From positions 4,793,829 through 4,857,828 of the forward strand of contig NC_064458.1 in assembly GCF_023343835.1 (NCBI RefSeq): a stretch of 64,000 nucleotides of DNA, written 5' to 3'. A program made the translations under genes and the position numbers. The notes below the pieces were generated by a model. The model was not told the origin of the DNA. It searched no databases and was given only the letters and a program-made list of their open reading frames with translations. The first letter of the stretch is position 1; each line of letters begins with the position of its first letter. Shown here piece after piece: positions 21,916-37,012 of this stretch. The stretch is from Lagopus muta. Taxonomy: Eukaryota.

Positions 21916-24900
21916 GTAGCTCTTATCTTGAGATAGATTCAGCTCTTGTCATCAGATAGATTCAGCTCTTCTCGTCAGATAGATGTAGCTCTTCTTGTCA
22001 GATAGATATAGATCTTTTCTTCTGGCAAATGTAGATGGAGCTCTTCAGAGATATGCAGCTCTTCTGACCCATGTAACTCTTGAGATAGATGTAGCTATTC
22101 ACTTCAAGTAGATGTAGGTATTCTCTTCAGATAAATGTAGCTCTTGTCTTCAGACAGATGTAGCTCTTCAGATAGATGTAGCTCTTCTCTTGAGATTCAG
22201 CTCTTGTCTTCAGATAGATTCAGCTCTTCTTGTCAGATAGAAGTAGCTCTTCTCTTCAGACAGATGTAGCTCTTCAGATTGATGTAGCCCTTCTCTTCAG
22301 GTAGATGTAGGTATTCCCTTCAGGTAAATGTAGCTCTTCTCTTGAGATACGTGTAGCTCTCCTCAGATAGATATGGCTGTTCTGTTCCGATAGATGTAGA
22401 TCTTCTCTTCAGACAAACGTAGCTCTTCTCTTCAGACAGATGTAGCTCTTCTCTTCAGATAGATGTAGCTCTTCTCTTCAGATAGATTCAGCTCTTGTCA
22501 TCAGATAGATTCAGCTCTTCTCGTCAGAGAGATGTAGCTCTTCTCTTCAGGCAAATGTAGATGCAGCTCTTCAAATAGAAGCAGCTATTCCCTTATGACA
22601 GATGTAGCTCTTCTCTTGAGATATATTTAGCTCTTCTCCTCAGATAGATATGGCTTTTCTCTTCAGAGAGGTGCAACTCTTCTCTTCTGACTGATGTAGC
22701 TCTTCTCTGTAGATAGATGTAGCACTTCTCTCCAGATAGATGTAGCTCTTCACTTGGATGTAGCTCTTCCCTTCAGATAGATGTAGCTCTTCTTGAGATA
22801 GTCAGACCCTTTTCTTCAGATAGATTCAACTCTTGTCGTCAGATAGATGTAGCTCTTCTCTTCAGGCAAATGTGGATGCAGCTCTTCTCTTCTGATAGAT
22901 TTATCTCTTGAGATAGATGTAGCGATTCCCTTCAAGTATAGGTAGGTATTCTATTCAGACAGATGTAGCTCTTGAGATGGGTGTAGCTCTTGTCTTCAGA
23001 TAGATTCAGCTCTTCTCTTCAGACAGATGTAGCTCTTGAGATGGGTGTAGCTCTTCTCTTCTGATAGATGTAGCTCTTCTCTTGAGATAGATTTAGCTCT
23101 TGTCTCCCGATTGATGTAGCTCTTCTTTTCAGACAGTTGTAGCTCTTCTCTTCAGATAGATGTAGCTCTTCAGATGGATATAGCTCATCTCACTCACCTC
23201 ATCAGATTGATGTAGCTCTTCTCTTGAGATTCAGCTCTTGTCTTCAGATAGATTCAGCTCTTCTTGTCAGACAGAAGTAGCTCTTCTCTTCAGACAGAAG
23301 TAGCTCTTCAGATTGATGTAGCTCTTCTCTTCAGGTAGATGTAGGTATTCCCTTCAGGTAAATGTAGCTCTTCTCTTGAGATACATGTAGCTCTTCTCAA
23401 ATAGATATGGCTGTTCTGTTCAGATAGATGCAGATCTTCTCTTCAGACAAACGTAGCTCTTCTCTTCAGACAGATGTAGCTCTTCTCTTTAGATATTTAT
23501 AGCTCTTATCTTCAGAAAGATGTAGCTCTTCCCTTGAGATAGATGTAGCTCTTCAGATGGATATAGCTCATCTCACTCATCTCATCAGATAAATGTAGCT
23601 CTTCTCTTGAGATTCAGCTCTTGTCTTCAGATAGATTCAGCTCTTCTTGTCAGATAGAAGTAGCTCTTCTCTTCAGACAGATGTTGCTCTTCAGATTGAT
23701 GTAGCTCTTCTCTTCAGGTAGATGTAGGTATTCCCTTCAGGTAAATGTAGCTCTTCTCTTGAGATACGTGTAGCTCTCCTCAGATAGATATGGCTGATCT
23801 GTTCAGATAGATGTAGATCTTCTCTTCAGACAAACGTAGCTCTTCACTTCAGACAGATGTAGCTCTTCTCTTCAGATCGATGTAGCTCTTCTCTTCAGAT
23901 AGATATAGCTCATCTCACTCACCTCATCAGATTGATGTAGCTCTTCTCTTGAGATTCAGCTCTTGTCTTCAGATAGATTCAGCTCTTCTTGTCAGACAAA
24001 AGTAGCTCTTCTCTTCAGACAGATGTAGCTCTTCAGATTGATGTAGCTCTTCTCTTCAGGTAGATGTAGGTATTCCCTTCAGGTAAATGTAGCTCTTCTC
24101 CTGAGATACATGTAGTTCTTCTCAAATAGATATGGCTGTTCTGTTCAGATAGATGTAGATCTTCTCTTCAGACAAACGTAGATCTTCTCTTCAGACAGAT
24201 GTAGCTCTTCTCTTCAGATAGATGTAGCTATTCCCTTGAGATAGATTCAGCTCTTGTCTTCAGATTGATGTAGCTCTTCTTTTCAGGCAGATGTAGCTCT
24301 TCTCTTTAGATATTTGAATCTCTTATCTTCAGAAAGATGTAGCTCTTCCCTTGAGATAGATGTAGCTCTTCAGATGGATAGAGCTCATCTCACTCATCTC
24401 ATCAGATAGATGTAGCTCTTCTCTTGAGATTCAGCTCTTGTCTTCAGATAGATTCAGCTCTTCTCGTCAGATAGAAGTAGCTCTTCTCTTCAGACAGATG
24501 TAGCTCTTCAGATTGATGTAGCTCTTCTCTTCAGGTAGATGTAGGTATTCCCTTCAGGTAAATGTAGCTGTTCTCTTGAGATACGTGTAGCTCTCCTCAG
24601 ATAGATATGGCTGATCTGTTCCGATAGATGTAGATCTTCTCTTCAGACAAACGTAGCTCTTCTCTTCAGACAGATGTAGCTCTTCTCTTCAGATCGATGT
24701 AGCTCTTCTCTTCAGATAGATTCAGCTCTTGTCATCAGATAGATTCAGCTCTTCTCGTCAGAGAGGTGTAGCTCTTCTCTTCGGGCAAATGTAGATGCAG
24801 CTCTTCAAATAGAAGCAGCACTTCCCTTATGACAGATGTAGCTCTTCTCTTGAGATATATTTAGCTCTTCTCTCAGATAGATATGGCTGTTCTCTTCAGA

Positions 24901-27900
24901 GAGATGCAACTATTCTCTTCAGACTGATGTAGCTCTTCTCTGTAGATAGATGTAGCACTTCTCTCCAGATAGATGTAGCTCTTCAGACAGATGTAGCTCT
25001 TCCCTTCAGATAGATGTAGCTCTTCTCTTGAGATAGAGTCATCCCTTTTCTTCAGATAGATTCAACTCTTGTCGTCAGATAGATGTAGCTCTTCTCTTCA
25101 GGCAAATGTAGATGCAGCTCTTCTCTTCTGATAGACTTATCTCTTGAGATAGATGTAGCGATTCTCTTCAAGTATAGGTAGGTATTCTCTTCAGACAGAT
25201 GTAGGTCTCCTCTTCAGACAGATGTAGCTCTTGAGATGGGTGTAGCTCTTCTCTTCAGATAGATGTAGCTCTTCTCTTGAGATAGATTTAGCTCATGTCT
25301 TCAGATAGATACAGCTCTTCTCTTCAGACAGATGTAGCTCTTTAGACGGGTGTAGCACTTCACTTCAGAGAAATACATCTCTTCTCTTGAGATAGATTTG
25401 GCTGTTGTCTTCAGATAGATTCAGCTGTTCTCTTCAGACAGATGTAGCTCTTGAGATGGGTGTAGCTCTTCTCTTCAGATAGATGTACCTGTTCTCTTGA
25501 GATAGATTTAGCTCTTGTCTTCTCATTGATGTAGCTCTTCTTTTCAGACAGATGTAGATCTTCTCTTCAGACAAACGTAGCTCTTCTCTTCAGATAGATG
25601 TAGCTCTTCAGATGGATGTAGCTCTTCTCTTCACATAGATGTAGCTCTTCTCTTGTGATAGATTTAGCTCTGGTCTTCAGACAGATTCTGTTCTTCTCTT
25701 CAGACAGATGTAGCTCTTTAGATGAGTGTAGCTCTTCAGATAGATGTAGCTCTTCTCTTGAGATAGATTAAGCTCTTGTCTTCAGATAGATTCAACTCTT
25801 GTCGTCAGATAGATGTAGCTCTTCTCTTCAGGAAAATGTAGATGCAGCTCTTCTCTTCTGATAGATTTATCTCCTGAGATAGATGTAGCGGTTCTCTTCA
25901 AGTATAGGTAGGTATTCTCTTCAGTCAGATGTAGGTCTTCTCTTCAGACAGATGTAGCTCTTGAGATGGGTGTAGCTCTTCTCTTCAGATAGATGTAGCT
26001 CTTCTATTGAGATAGATTTAGCTCTTGTCTTCAGAGAGATGTAGGTCTTCTCTTCAGACAGATGTAGCTCTTTAGATGGGTGTAGCTCTTCACTTCAGAG
26101 AAATATATCTCTTCTCTTGAGATAGATTTAGCTGTTGTCTTCAGATAGATTCAGCTGTTCTCTTCAGACAGATGTAGCTCTTGAGATGGGTGTAGCTCTT
26201 CTCTTCAGATAGATGTACCTGTTCTCTTGAGATAGATTTAGCTCTTGTCTTCTCATTGATGTAGCTCTTCTTTTCAGACAGATGTAGATCTTCTCTTCAG
26301 ACAAACGTAGCTCTTCTCTTCACATAGATGTAGCTCTTCTTTTGTGATAGATTTAGCTCTGGTCTTCAGATAGATTCTGCTCTTCTCTTCAGACAGATGT
26401 AGCTCTTTAGATGAGTGTAGCTCTTCAGATAGATGTAGCTATTCCCTTGAGATAGATTCAGCTCTTGTCTTCAGATTGATGTAGCTCTTCTTTTCAGACA
26501 GTTGTAGCTCTTCTCTTTAGATATTTGTAGCTCTTCTCTTCAGACAGATGTAGCTCTTCCCTTGAGATAGATGTAGCTCTTCAGATGGATATAGCTCATC
26601 TCACTCATCTCATCAGATAGATACAGCTCTTCTCTTGAGATTCAGCTCTTGTCTTCAGATAGATTCAGCTCTTCTTGTCAGACAGAAGTAGCTCTTCTCT
26701 TCAGACAGATGTAGCTCTTCAGATTGATGTAGCTCTTCTCTTCAGGTAGATGTAGGTATTCCCTTCACGTAAATGTAGCTCTTCTCTTGAGACACATGTA
26801 GCTCTTCTCAGATAGATATGGCTGATCTGTTCAGAGAGATGTAGATCTTCTATTCAGACAAACGTAGCTCTTCTCTTCAGGAAGATGTAGCTCTTCTCTT
26901 CAGATAGATGTAGCTCTTCAGATGGATGTAGCTCTTCTCTTCAGATAGATATAGCTCTTCTCTTGTGATAGATTAAGCTCTTGTCATCAGATAGATTCAG
27001 CTCTTCTCGTCAGAGAGATGTACCTCTTCTCTTCAGGCAAATGTAGATGCAGCTCTTCAAATAGAAGCAGCTCTTCCCTTATGACAGATGTAGCTCTTCT
27101 CTTGAGATATATTTAGCTCTTCTCTCAGATAGATATGGCTGTTCTCTTCAGAGAGATGCAACTATTCTCTTCAGACTGATGTAGCTCTTCTCTGTAGATA
27201 GATGTAGCACTTCTCTCCAGATAGATGTAGCTCTTCAGACAGATGTAGCTCTTCCCTTCAGATAGATGTAGCGCTTCTCTTGAGATAGAGTCATCCCTTT
27301 TCTTCAGATAGATTCAACTCTTGTCGTCAGATAGATGTAGCTCTTCTCTTCAGGCAAATGTAGATGCAGCTCTTCTCTTCTGATAGACTTATCTCTTGAG
27401 ATAGATGTAGCGATTCTCTTCAAGTATAGGTAGGTATTCTCTTCAGACAGATGTAGGTCTCCTCTTCAGACAGATGTAGCTCTTGAGATGGGTGTAGCTC
27501 TTCTCTTCAGATAGATGTAGCTCTTCTCTTGAGATAGATTTAGCTCATGTCTTCAGATAGATACAGCTCTTCTCTTCAGACAGATGTAGCTCATGAGATG
27601 GGTATAGCTCTTCTCTTCAGAGAAATACATCTCTTCTCTTGAGATAGATTTGGCTGTTGTCTTCAGATAGATTCAGCTGTTCTCTTCAGACAGATGTAGC
27701 TCTTGAGATGGGTGTAGCTCTTCTCTTCAGATAGATGTACCTGTTCTCTTGAGATAGATTTAGCTCTTGTCTTCTCATTGATGTAGCTCTTCTTTTCAGA
27801 CAGATGTAGATCTTCTCTTCAGACAAACGTAGCTCTTCTCTTCAGATAGATGTAGCTCTTCAGATGGATGTAGCTCTTCTCTTCAGATAGATATAGCTCT

Positions 27901-30900
27901 TCTCTTGTGATAGATTAAGCTCTTGTCATCAGATAGATTCAGCTCTTCTCGTCAGAGAGATGTACCTCTTCTCTTCAGGCAAATGTAGATGCAGCTCTTC
28001 AAATAGAAGCAGCACTTCCCTTATGACAGATGTAGCTCTTCTCTTGAGATATATTTAGCTCTTCTCTCAGATAGATATGGCTGTTCTCTTCAGAGAGATG
28101 CAACTATTCTCTTCAGACTGATGTAGCTCTTCTCTGTAGATAGATGTAGCACTTCTCTCCAGATAGATGAAGCTCTTCAGACAGATGTAGCTCTTCCCTT
28201 CAGATAGATGTAGCTCTTCTCTTGAGATAGAGTCATCCCTTTTCTTCAGATAGATTCAACTCTTGTCGTCAGATAGATGTAGCTCTTCTCTTCAGGCAAA
28301 TGTAGATGCAGCTCTTCTCTTCTGATAGATTTATCTCTTGAGATAGATGTAGCGTTTCTCTTCAAGTATAGGTAGGTATTCTCTTCGGACAGATGTAGGT
28401 CTCCTCTTCAGACAGATGTAGCTCTTGAGATGGGTGTAGCTCTTCTCTTCAGATAGATGTAGCTCTTCTCTTGAGATAGATTTAGCTCATGTCTTCAGAT
28501 AGATACAGCTCTTCTCTTCAGACAGATGTAGCTCTTTAGACGGGAGTAGCACTTCACTTCAGATAGATTCAGCTGATCTCTTCAGACAGATGTAGCTCTT
28601 GAGATGGGTGTAGCTCTTCTCTTCAGAGAAATACATCTCTTCTCTTGAGATAGATTTGGCTGTTGTCTTCAGATAGATTCAACTGTTCTCTTCAGACAGA
28701 TGTAGCTCTTGAGATGGGTGTAGCTCTTCTCTTCAGATAGATGTACCTGTTCTCTTGAGATAGATTTAGCTCTTGTCTTCTCATTGATGTAGCTCTTCTT
28801 TTCAGACAGATGTAGATCTTCTCTTCAGACAAACGTAGCTCTTCTCTTCAGATAGATGTAGCTCTTCAGATGGATGTAGCTCTTCTCTTCACATAGATGT
28901 AGCTCTTCTCTTGTGATAGATTTAGCTCTGGTCTTCAGATAGATTCTGCTCTTCTCTTCAGACAGATGTAGCTCTTTAGATGAGTGTAGCTCTTCAGATA
29001 GATGTAGCTATTCCCTTGAGATAGATTCAGCTCTTGTCTTCAGATTGATGTAGCTCTTCTTTTCAGACAGTTGTAGCTCTTCTCTTTAGATATTTGTAGC
29101 TCTTCTCTTCAGACAGATGTAGCTCTTCCCTTGAGATAGATGTAGCTCTTCAGATGGATATAGCTCATCTCACTCATCTCATCAGGTAGATACAGCTCTT
29201 CTCTTGAGATTCAGCTCTTGTCTTCAGATAGATTCAGCTCTTCTTGTCAGACAGAAGTAGCTCTTCTCTTCAGACAGATGTAGCTCTTCAGATTGATGTA
29301 GCTCTTCTCTTCAGATAGATGTAGCTCTTCAGATGGATGTAGCTCTTCTCTTCAGATAGATATAGCTCTTGTGATAGATTAAGCTCTTGTCATCAGATAG
29401 ATTCAGCTCTTCTCGTCAGACAGATGTACCTCTTCTCTTCAGGCAAATGTAGATGCAGCTCTTCAAATAGAAGCAGCACTTCCCTTATGACAGATGTAGC
29501 TCTTCTCTTGAGATATATTTAGCTCTTCTCTCAGATAGATATGGCTGTTCTCTTCAGAGAGATGCAACTATTCTCTTCAGACTGATGTAGCTCTTCTCTG
29601 TAGATAGATGTAGCACTTCTCTCCAGATAGATGTAGCTCTTCAGACAGATGTAGCTCTTCCCTTCAGATAGATGTAGCTCTTCTCTTGAGATAGAGTCAT
29701 CCCTTTTCTTCAGATAGATTCAACTCTTGTCGTCAGATAGATGTAGCTCTTCTCTTCAGGCAAATGTAGATGCAGCTCTTCTCTTCTGATAGATTTATCT
29801 CTTGAGATAGATGTAGCGTTTCTCTTCAAGTATAGGTAGGTATTCTCTTCAGACAGATGTAGGTCTCCTCTTCAGACAGATGTAGCTCTTGAGATGGGTG
29901 TAGCTCTTCTCTTCAGATAGATGTAGCTCTTCTCTTGAGATAGATTTAGCTCATGTCTTCAGATAGATACAGCTCTTCTCTTCAGACAGATGTAGCTCTT
30001 TAGACGGGTGTAGCACTTCACTTCAGATAGATTCAGCTGATCTCTTCAGACAGATGTAGCTCTTGAGATGGGTGTAGCTCTTCTCTTCAGAGAAATACAT
30101 CTCTTCTCTTGAGATAGATTTGGCTGTTGTCTTCAGATAGATTCAACTGTTCTCTTCAGACAGATGTAGCTCTTGAGATGGGTGTAGCTCTTCTCTTCAG
30201 ATAGATGTACCTGTTCTCTTGAGATAGATTTAGCTCTTGTCTTCTCATTGATGTAGCTCTTCTTTTCAGACAGATGTAGATCTTCTCTTCAGACAAACGT
30301 AGCTCTTCTATTCAGATAGATGTAGCTCTTCAGATGGATGTAGCTCTTCTCTTCACATAGATGTAGCTCTTCTCTTGTGATAGATTTAGCTCTGGTCTTC
30401 AGATAGATTCTGCTCTTCTCTTCAGACAGATGTAGCTCTTTAGATGAGTGTAGCTCTTCAGATAGATGTAGCTCTTGAGATAGATTCAGCTCTTGTCTTC
30501 AGATAGATTCAACTCTTGTCGTCAGATAGATGTAGCTCTTCTCTTCAGGAAAATGTAGATGCAGCTCTTCTCTTCTGATAGATTTATCTCCTGAGATGTA
30601 GCGGTTCTCTTCAAGTATAGGTAGGTATTCTCTTCAGACAGATGTAGGTCTTCTCTTCAGACAGATGTAGCTCTTGAGATGGGTGTAGCTCTTCTCTTCA
30701 GATAGATGTACCTGTTCTCTTGAGATAGATTTAGCTCTTGTCTTCTCATTGATGTAGCTCTTCTTTTCAGACAGATGTAGATCTTCTCTTCAGACAAACG
30801 TAGCTCTTCTCTTCACATAGATGTAGCTCTTCTCTTGTGATAGATTTAGCTCTGGTCTTCAGATAGATTCTGCTCTTCTCTTCAGACAGATGTAGCTCTT

Positions 30901-33900
30901 CAGATAGATGTAGCTATTCCCTTGAGATAGATTCTGCTCTTGTCTTCAGATTGATGTAGCTCTTCTTTTCAGACAGATGTAGCTCTTTAGATATTTGTAG
31001 CTCTTCTCTTCAGACAGATGTAGCCCTTCTCTTCAGATAGATGTAGCTCTTCAGATGGATATAGCTCATCTCACTCATCTGATAGATGTAGCTCTTCTCT
31101 TGTGATAGATTCAGCTCTTCTTGTCAGATAGAAGTAGCTCTTCTCTTCAGACAGATGTAGCTCTTCAGATTGATGTAGCACTTCTCTTCAGGTAGATGTA
31201 GGTATTCCCTTCAGGAAAATGTAGCTCTTCTCTTGAGACACATGTAGCTCTTCTCAGATAGATATGGCTGATCTGTTCAGATAGATGTAGATCTTCTCTT
31301 CAGACAAATGTAGCTCTTCTCTTCAGATACATGTAGCTCTTCAGATGGATGTACCTCTTCAGATCGATGTAGCTCTTCTCTTGAGATAGATTCAGCTCTT
31401 GTCTTCAGATTGATGTAGCTCTTCTCGTCAGATAGATGTAGTTCTTCTCTTCAGGCAAATGTAGATGCAGCTCTTCTCTTCTGATAGATTTATCTCTTGA
31501 GATAGATGTAGCGATTCTCTTCAAGTATAGGTAGGTATTCTCTTCAGATAGATGTAGGTGTTCTCTTCTAGACAGATGTAGCTCTTGAGATGGGTGTAGC
31601 TCTTCTCTTCAGATAGATGTAGCTATTCCCTTGAGATAGATTCAGCTCTTGTCTTCAGATTGATGTAGCTCTTCTCTTCAGGTAGATGTAGGTATTCCCT
31701 TCACGTAAATGTAGCTCTTCTCAGATAGATATGGCTGATCTGTTCAGATAGATGTAGATCTTCTCTTCAGACAAACGTAGCTCTTCTCTTCAGACAGATG
31801 TAGCTCTTCTCTTCAGATAGATGTAGCTCTTCAGATGGATGTAGCTCTTCTCTTCAGATAGATATAGCTCTTCTCTTGTGATAGATTAAGCTCTTGTCAT
31901 CAGATAGATTCAGCTCTTCTCGTCAGAGAGATGTACCTCTTCTCTTCAGGCAAATGTAGATGCAGGTCTTCAAATAGAAGCAGCACTTCCCTTATGACAG
32001 ATGTAGCTCTTCTCTTGAGATATATTTAGCTCTTCTCTCAGACAGATATGGCTGTTCTCTTCAGAGAGATGCAACTATTCTCTTCAGACTGATGTAGCTC
32101 TTCTCTGTAGATAGATGTAGCACTTCTCTCCAGATAGATGTAGCTCTTCAGACAGATGTAGCTCTTCCCTTCAGATAGATGTAGCTCTTCTCTTGAGATA
32201 GAGTCATCCCTTTTCTTCAGATAGATTCAACTCTTGTCGTCAGATAGATGTAGCTCTTCTCTTCAGGCAAATGTAGATGCAGCTCTTCTCTTCTGATAGA
32301 TTTATCTCTTGAGATAGATGTAGCGTTTCTCTTCAAGTATAGGTAGGTATTCTCTTCGGACAGATGTAGGTCTCCTCTTCAGACAGATGTAGCTCTTGAG
32401 ATGGGTGTAGCTCTTCTCTTCAGATAGATGTAGCTCTTCTCTTGAGATAGATTTAGCTCATGTCTTCAGATAGATACAGCTCTTCTCTTCAGACAGATGT
32501 AGCTCTTTAGACGGGAGTAGCACTTCACTTCAGATAGATTCAGCTGATCTCTTCAGACAGATGTAGCTCTTGAGATGGGTGTAGCTCTTCTCTTCAGAGA
32601 AATACATCTCTTCTCTTGAGATAGATTTGGCTGTTGTCTTCAGATAGATTCAACTGTTCTCTTCAGACAGATGTAGCACTTGAGATGGGTGTAGCTCTTC
32701 TCTTCAGATAGATGTACCTGTTCTCTTGAGATAGATTTAGCTCTTGTCTTCTCATTGATGTAGCTCTTCTTTTCAGACAGATGTAGATCTTCTCTTCAGA
32801 CAAACGTAGCTCTTCTCTTCAGATAGATGTAGCTCTTCAGATGGATGTAGCTCTTCTCTTCACATAGATGTAGCTCTTCTCTTGTGATAGATTTAGCTCT
32901 GGTCTTCAGATAGATTCTGCTCTTCTCTTCAGACAGATGTAGCTCTTTAGATGAGTGTAGCTCTTCAGATAGATGTAGCTATTCCCTTGAGATAGATTCA
33001 GCTCTTGTCTTCAGATTGATGTAGCTCTTCTTTTCAGACAGTTGTAGCTCTTCTCTTTAGATATTTGTAGCTCTTCTCTTCAGACAGATGTAGCTCTTCC
33101 CTTGAGATAGATGTAGCTCTTCAGATGGATATAGCTCATCTCACTCATCTCATCAGATAGATACAGCTCTTCTCTTGAGATTCAGCTCTTGTCTTCAGAT
33201 AGATTCAGCTCTTCTTGTCAGACAGAAGTAGCTCTTCTCTTCAGACAGATGTAGCTCTTCAGATTGATGTAGCTCTTCTCTTCAGATAGATGTAGCTCTT
33301 CAGATGGATGTAGCTCTTCTCTTCAGATAGATATAGCTCTTGTGATAGATTAAGCTCTTGTCATCAGATAGATTCAGCTCTTCTCGTCAGAGAGATGTAC
33401 CTCTTCTCTTCAGGCAAATGTAGATGCAGCTCTTCAAATAGAAGCAGCACTTCCCTTATGACAGATGTAGCTCTTCTCTTGAGATATATTTAGCTCTTCT
33501 CTCAGATAGATATGGCTGTTCTCTTCAGAGAGATGCAACTATTCTCTTCAGACTGATGTAGCTCTTCTCTGTAGATAGATGTAGCACTTCTCTCCAGATA
33601 GATGTAGCTCTTCAGACAGATGTAGCTCTTCCCTTCAGATAGATGTAGCTCTTCTCTTGAGATAGAGTCATCCCTTTTCTTCAGATAGATTCAACTCTTG
33701 TCGTCAGATAGATGTAGCTCTTCTCTTCAGGCAAATGTAGATGCAGCTCTTCTCTTCTGATAGATTTATCTCTTGAGATAGATGTAGCGTTTCTCTTCAA
33801 GTATAGGTAGGTATTCTCTTCAGACAGATGTAGGTCTCCTCTTCAGACAGATGTAGCTCTTGAGATGGGTGTAGCTCTTCTCTTCAGATAGATGTAGCTC

Positions 33901-36900
33901 TTCTCTTGAGATAGATTTAGCTCTGGTCTTCAGATAGATTCTGCTCTTCTCTTCAGACAGATGTAGCTCTTCAGATAGATGTAGCTATTCCCTTGAGATA
34001 GATTCTGCTCTTGTCTTCAGATTGATGTAGCTCTTCTTTTCAGACAGATGTAGCTCTTTAGATATTTGTAGCTCTTCTCTTCAGACAGATGTAGCCCTTC
34101 TCTTCAGATAGATGTAGCTCTTCAGATGGATATAGCTCATCTCACTCATCTGATAGATGTAGCTCTTCTCTTGTGATAGATTCAGCTCTTCTTGTCAGAT
34201 AGAAGTAGCTCTTCTCTTCAGACAGATGTAGCTCTTCAGATTGATGTAGCACTTCTCTTCAGGTAGATGTAGGTATTCCCTTCAGGAAAATGTAGCTCTT
34301 CTCTTGAGACACATGTAGCTCTTCTCAGATAGATATGGCTGATCTGTTCAGATAGATGTAGATCTTCTCTTCAGACAAATGTAGCTCTTCTCTTCAGATA
34401 CATGTAGCTCTTCAGATGGATGTACCTCTTCAGATCGATGTAGCTCTTCTCTTGAGATAGATTCAGCTCTTGTCTTCAGATTGATGTAGCTCTTCTCGTC
34501 AGATAGATGTAGTTCTTCTCTTCAGGCAAATGTAGATGCAGCTCTTCTCTTCTGATAGATTTATCTCTTGAGATAGATGTAGCGATTCTCTTCAAGTATA
34601 GGTAGGTATTCTCTTCAGATAGATGTAGGTGTTCTCTTCTAGACAGATGTAGCTCTTGAGATGGGTGTAGCTCTTCTCTTCAGATAGATGTAGCTATTCC
34701 CTTGAGATAGATTCAGCTCTTGTCTTCAGATTGATGTAGCTCTTCTCTTCAGGTAGATGTAGGTATTCCCTTCACGTAAATGTAGCTCTTCTCTTGAGAC
34801 ACATGTAGCTCTTCTCAGATAGATATGGCTGATCTGTTCAGATAGATGTAGATCTTCTCTTCAGACAAACGTAGCTCTTCTCTTCAGACAGATGTAGCTC
34901 TTCTCTTCAGATAGATGTAGCTCTTCAGATGGATGTAGCTCTTCTCTTCAGATAGATATAGCTCTTCTCTTGTGATAGATTAAGCTCTTGTCATCAGATA
35001 GATTCAGCTCTTCTCGTCAGAGAGATGTACCTCTTCTCTTCAGGCAAATGTAGATGCAGGTCTTCAAATAGAAGCAGCACTTCCCTTATGACAGATGTAG
35101 CTCTTCTCTTGAGATATATTTAGCTCTTCTCTCAGACAGATATGGCTGTTCTCTTCAGAGAGATGCAACTATTCTCTTCAGACTGATGTAGCTCTTCTCT
35201 GTAGATAGATGTAGCACTTCTCTCCAGATAGATGTAGCTCTTCAGACAGATGTAGCTCTTCCCTTCAGATAGATGTAGCTCTTCTCTTGAGATAGAGTCA
35301 TCCCTTTTCTTAGATAGATTCAACTCTTGTCGTCAGATAGATGTAGCTCTTCTCTTCAGGCAAATGTAGATGCAGCTCTTCTCTTCTGATAGATTTATCT
35401 CTTGAGATAGATGTAGCGTTTCTCTTCAAGTATAGGTAGGTATTCTCTTCAGACAGATGTAGGTCTCCTCTTCAGACAGATGTAGCTCTTGAGATGGGTG
35501 TAGCTCTTCTCTTCAGATAGATGTAGCTCTTCTCTTGAGATAGATTCAGCTCTTGTCTTCAGATAGATTCAGCTCTTCTCTTCAGACAGATGTAGCTCTT
35601 GAGATGGGTGTAGCTCTTCTCTTCAGATAGATGTAGCTCTTCTCTTGAGACAGATTTAGCTCTTGTCTTCAGATAGATTCAGCTGTTCTCTTCAGACAGA
35701 TGTAGCTCTTGAGATGGGTGTACCTCTTCTCTTCAGGTAGATGTAGCTATTCCCTTGCGATAGTTTCAGCTCTTGTCTTCAGATTGATGTAGCTCTTCTT
35801 TTCAGACAGATGTAGCTCTTCTCTTTAGATATTTGTAGCTCTTCTCTTCAGACAGATGTAGCTCTACTCTTCAGATAGATGTGGCTCTTCAGATGGATAT
35901 AGCTCATCTCACTCATCTCATCAGATAGATGTAGCTCTTCTCTTGAGATTCAGCTCTTGTCTTCAGATAGAATCAGCTCTTCTTGTCAGATAGAAGTAGC
36001 TCTTCTCTTCAGACAGATGTAGCTCTTCAGATTGATGTAGCTCTTCTCTTCAGGTAGATGTAGATATTCCCTTCAGGTAAATGTAGCTCTTCTCTTGAGA
36101 TACGTGTAGCTCTCCTCAGATAGATATGGCTGTTCTGTTCAGATAGATGTAGATCTTCTCTTCAGACAAACGTAGCTCTTCTCTTCAGACAGATGTAGCT
36201 CTTGAGATGGCTGTAGCTCTTCTCTTCAGATAGATGTAGCTGTTCTCTTGAGATAGATTTAGCTCTTGTCTTCAGATTGATGTAGCTCTTCTTTTCAGAC
36301 AGATGTAGCTCTTCCCTTTAGTTATTTGTAGCTCTTCTCTTCAGACAGATGTAGCTCTTCTCTTCAGATAGATGTAGCTCTTCAGATGGATATAGCTCAT
36401 CTCATTCATCTCATCTGATAGATGTAGCTCTTCTCTTGTGATGGATTCAGCTCTTGTCTTCAGATAGATTCAGCTCTTCTTGTCAGACAGAAGTAGCTCT
36501 TCTCTTCAGACAGATGTAGCTCTTCAGATTGATGTAGCACTTCTCTTCAGGTAGATGTAGGTATTCCCTTCAGGAAAATGTAGCTCTTCTCTTGAGACAC
36601 ATGTAGCTCTTCTCAGATAGATATGGCTGATCTGTTCAGATAGATGTAGATCTTCTCTTCAGACAAACGTAGCTCTTCTCTTCAGATACATGTAGCTCTT
36701 CAGATGGATGTAGCTCTTCTCTTCAGATCGGTGTAGCTCTTCTCTTGAGATAGATTCTGCTCTTGTCTTCAGATAGATTCAGCTCTTCTCGTCAGATAGA
36801 TGTAGCTCTTCTCTTCAGGCAAATGTCGATGCAGCTCTTCTCTTCTGATAGATTTATCTTTTGAGATAGATGTAGCGATTCTCTTCAAGTATAGGTAGGT

Positions 36901-37012
36901 ATTCTCTTCCGATAGGTGTAGGTGTTCTCTTCAGACAGATGTAGCTCTTGAGATGGGTGTAGCTCTTCTCTTCAGATAGATGTAGCTATTCCCTTGAGAT
37001 AGATTCAGCTGC
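21916..37012 (-). repeat. Satellite block 2. The same 23-bp satellite in reverse-complement orientation (ATAGATGTAGCTCTTCTCTTCAG), with strong higher-order repeats of variable length (about 0.7-4 kb).
   Basis: Direct reading. The marker catctcactcatctcatcagat recurs at 23560, 24380, 26600, 29160, 33130, 35900, 36400. Confidence 0.9.
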
